DNA of 24,335 nucleotides, taken from IMG/VR virus record IMGVR_UViG_3300042393_000519, positions 1 through 24,335 of that record; one strand, 5' to 3'. Positions 23,305 to 24,335 of the stretch are shown here, in pieces. The DNA is from a virus (lineage: Duplodnaviria > Caudoviricetes). Under the pieces are notes generated by a model, which saw only the letters and a list, made by a program, of their open reading frames with translations, searched no databases and was not told the origin of the DNA. Made by a program: the position numbers and the translations under genes. Position 1 is the first letter of the stretch; each line of letters begins with the position of its first letter.

Positions 23305-24335
23305 ATGCCGATGCCCGGATCATCAGAAACGGAAGACGAATTCCTCTCACGTTGCATGAGCGACGAAGAGGCTATGTCTGATTTTCCCGATGAAGATCAA
23401 CGATATGCGGTCTGCATTTCCAATTGGGAAGGCAAGGCCGATGGCTTTTCTCCGAACGAGGCAATGGCACGGGAAGCCACCCGTGGCCTCGAATGGCGTG
23501 ACGAGTTCAACCGTGGCGGAACCGAGATCGGTGTTGCCCGCGCGCGCGACATCAAGAACCGCCGCAACCTCTCACTTAGTACCATCAAGCGGATGGTTTC
23601 CTATTTTGCTCGCCATGAGGTTGACAAGCAGGGCGAAGGCTTTTCCCCCGGCGAGGACGGCTATCCTTCCGCTGGCCGCATAGCCTGGGCTTTGTGGGGC
23701 GGTGATCCCGGCAAGTCATGGGCTAACAATATTGTAGATCGTGAGGACAGCAAATCAATGGAACCCATCCAGCACAAGTCTGTTGCCCTCACCCTCAAAA
23801 AGGAGCCAGATCAAGACGGCGTGTTCGAGGGCTATGCCTCCGTTTTTGGTGTGGTCGATCAGGGCATGGATGTTGTTGAGCGTGGCGCTTTCCGCAAGTC
23901 TCTTGGCTCTCGCAAGGTCAAGATGCTTTGGCAGCATGATATGTCCCAGCCTATCGGCGTGTGGGATGAAATCTACGAGGACGAGCGCGGTCTTTTTGTC
24001 CGTGGCCGTCTCCTCAAGGAAGTTTCCAAGGGCCGCGAGGCCATGGCTCTTCTCCGCGCCGGGGCTATTGATTCCATGTCTATCGGCTACCGCACGATGG
24101 AAGCCATCCCCGAGGGTGATGGCCGCGTTCGTAAGTTGATGGAAGTCGACCTGTTCGAGATCAGCCTAGTGACGTTCCCGATGCTCCCCGATGCAAAGGT
24201 GACGAACGTCAAGTCGATCTCGACCGAAAGAGATTTCGAGCGTTTCCTGCGCGATGCAGGATATTCTCGCAAAGAGGCCGTGGCGCTCACGCTCCACGGA
24301 TTCAAAGCCCTACAGAGACAGCGGGACGCTGGCGA
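23305..24335 (+). CDS. HK97-type prohead protease with ~150-aa N-terminal extension (3'-truncated; not in ORF track)
   Basis: Frame 1 is open from ATG 23305 to the window end: FEGYASVFG.VD...DVVERGAF, MLWQHD, PIGVW, EDERGL.V.G, SMSIGY, DLFEISLVTFP. Confidence 0.92.
   Translation, partial: MPMPGSSETEDEFLSRCMSDEEAMSDFPDEDQRYAVCISNWEGKADGFSPNEAMAREATRGLEWRDEFNRGGTEIGVARARDIKNRRNLSLSTIKRMVSYFARHEVDKQGEGFSPGEDGYPSAGRIAWALWGGDPGKSWANNIVDREDSKSMEPIQHKSVALTLKKEPDQDGVFEGYASVFGVVDQGMDVVERGAFRKSLGSRKVKMLWQHDMSQPIGVWDEIYEDERGLFVRGRLLKEVSKGREAMALLRAGAIDSMSIGYRTMEAIPEGDGRVRKLMEVDLFEISLVTFPMLPDAKVTNVKSISTERDFERFLRDAGYSRKEAVALTLHGFKALQRQRDAG

Noticed and set aside
23390-24305. Listed ORFs 23390..23683, 23741..24139 and antisense ORFs
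   Set aside because: They are shadows of the frame-1 protease ORF, which the track omitted because it has no stop within the window.
1-24335. Selective avoidance of GC-only restriction sites, as might be expected of a Z genome
   Set aside because: GGCC, CCGG and GCGC are visibly common; a Markov-based k-mer count would be needed to claim any bias.
1-24335. Integrase, repressor, intron/intein or diversity-generating retroelement
   Set aside because: No such motifs were seen, and the polymerase, terminase and helicase look uninterrupted. Lifestyle cannot be settled from this window.

Overview
This window is part of a tailed dsDNA phage genome, probably a siphovirus of an alphaproteobacterial host (inferred from the GTA/HK97-like portal and protease). 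It has three parts. (1) On the + strand, the end of the tail module and a lysis cassette (1-4127). (2) On the - strand, a ~14.7 kb early/replication arm (4018-18773) encoding prim-pol/helicase, an SSB-like protein, a family-A DNA polymerase, a nuclease, an SNF2-type helicase, many small unknown proteins and a complete 2-aminoadenine (Z-genome) kit: purZ, a MazG-fold mazZ-like gene and an HD-domain datZ, plus a second dATP/dGTP diphosphohydrolase-type gene and a dCMP deaminase. (3) A palindromic, repeat-dense non-coding region (likely the origin), followed on the + strand by terminase, portal, MuF and prohead protease (19474-end). The most interesting observations are a polymerase with unusual active-site substitutions (a candidate divergent DpoZ), two near-identical early promoters with a RegA/RegR-like palindrome shifted by one helical turn, a repeated two-hairpin RNA element with covariation, and a very acidic first-expressed peptide missing from the ORF track. 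All family calls come from motif recognition by eye; no searches were run.
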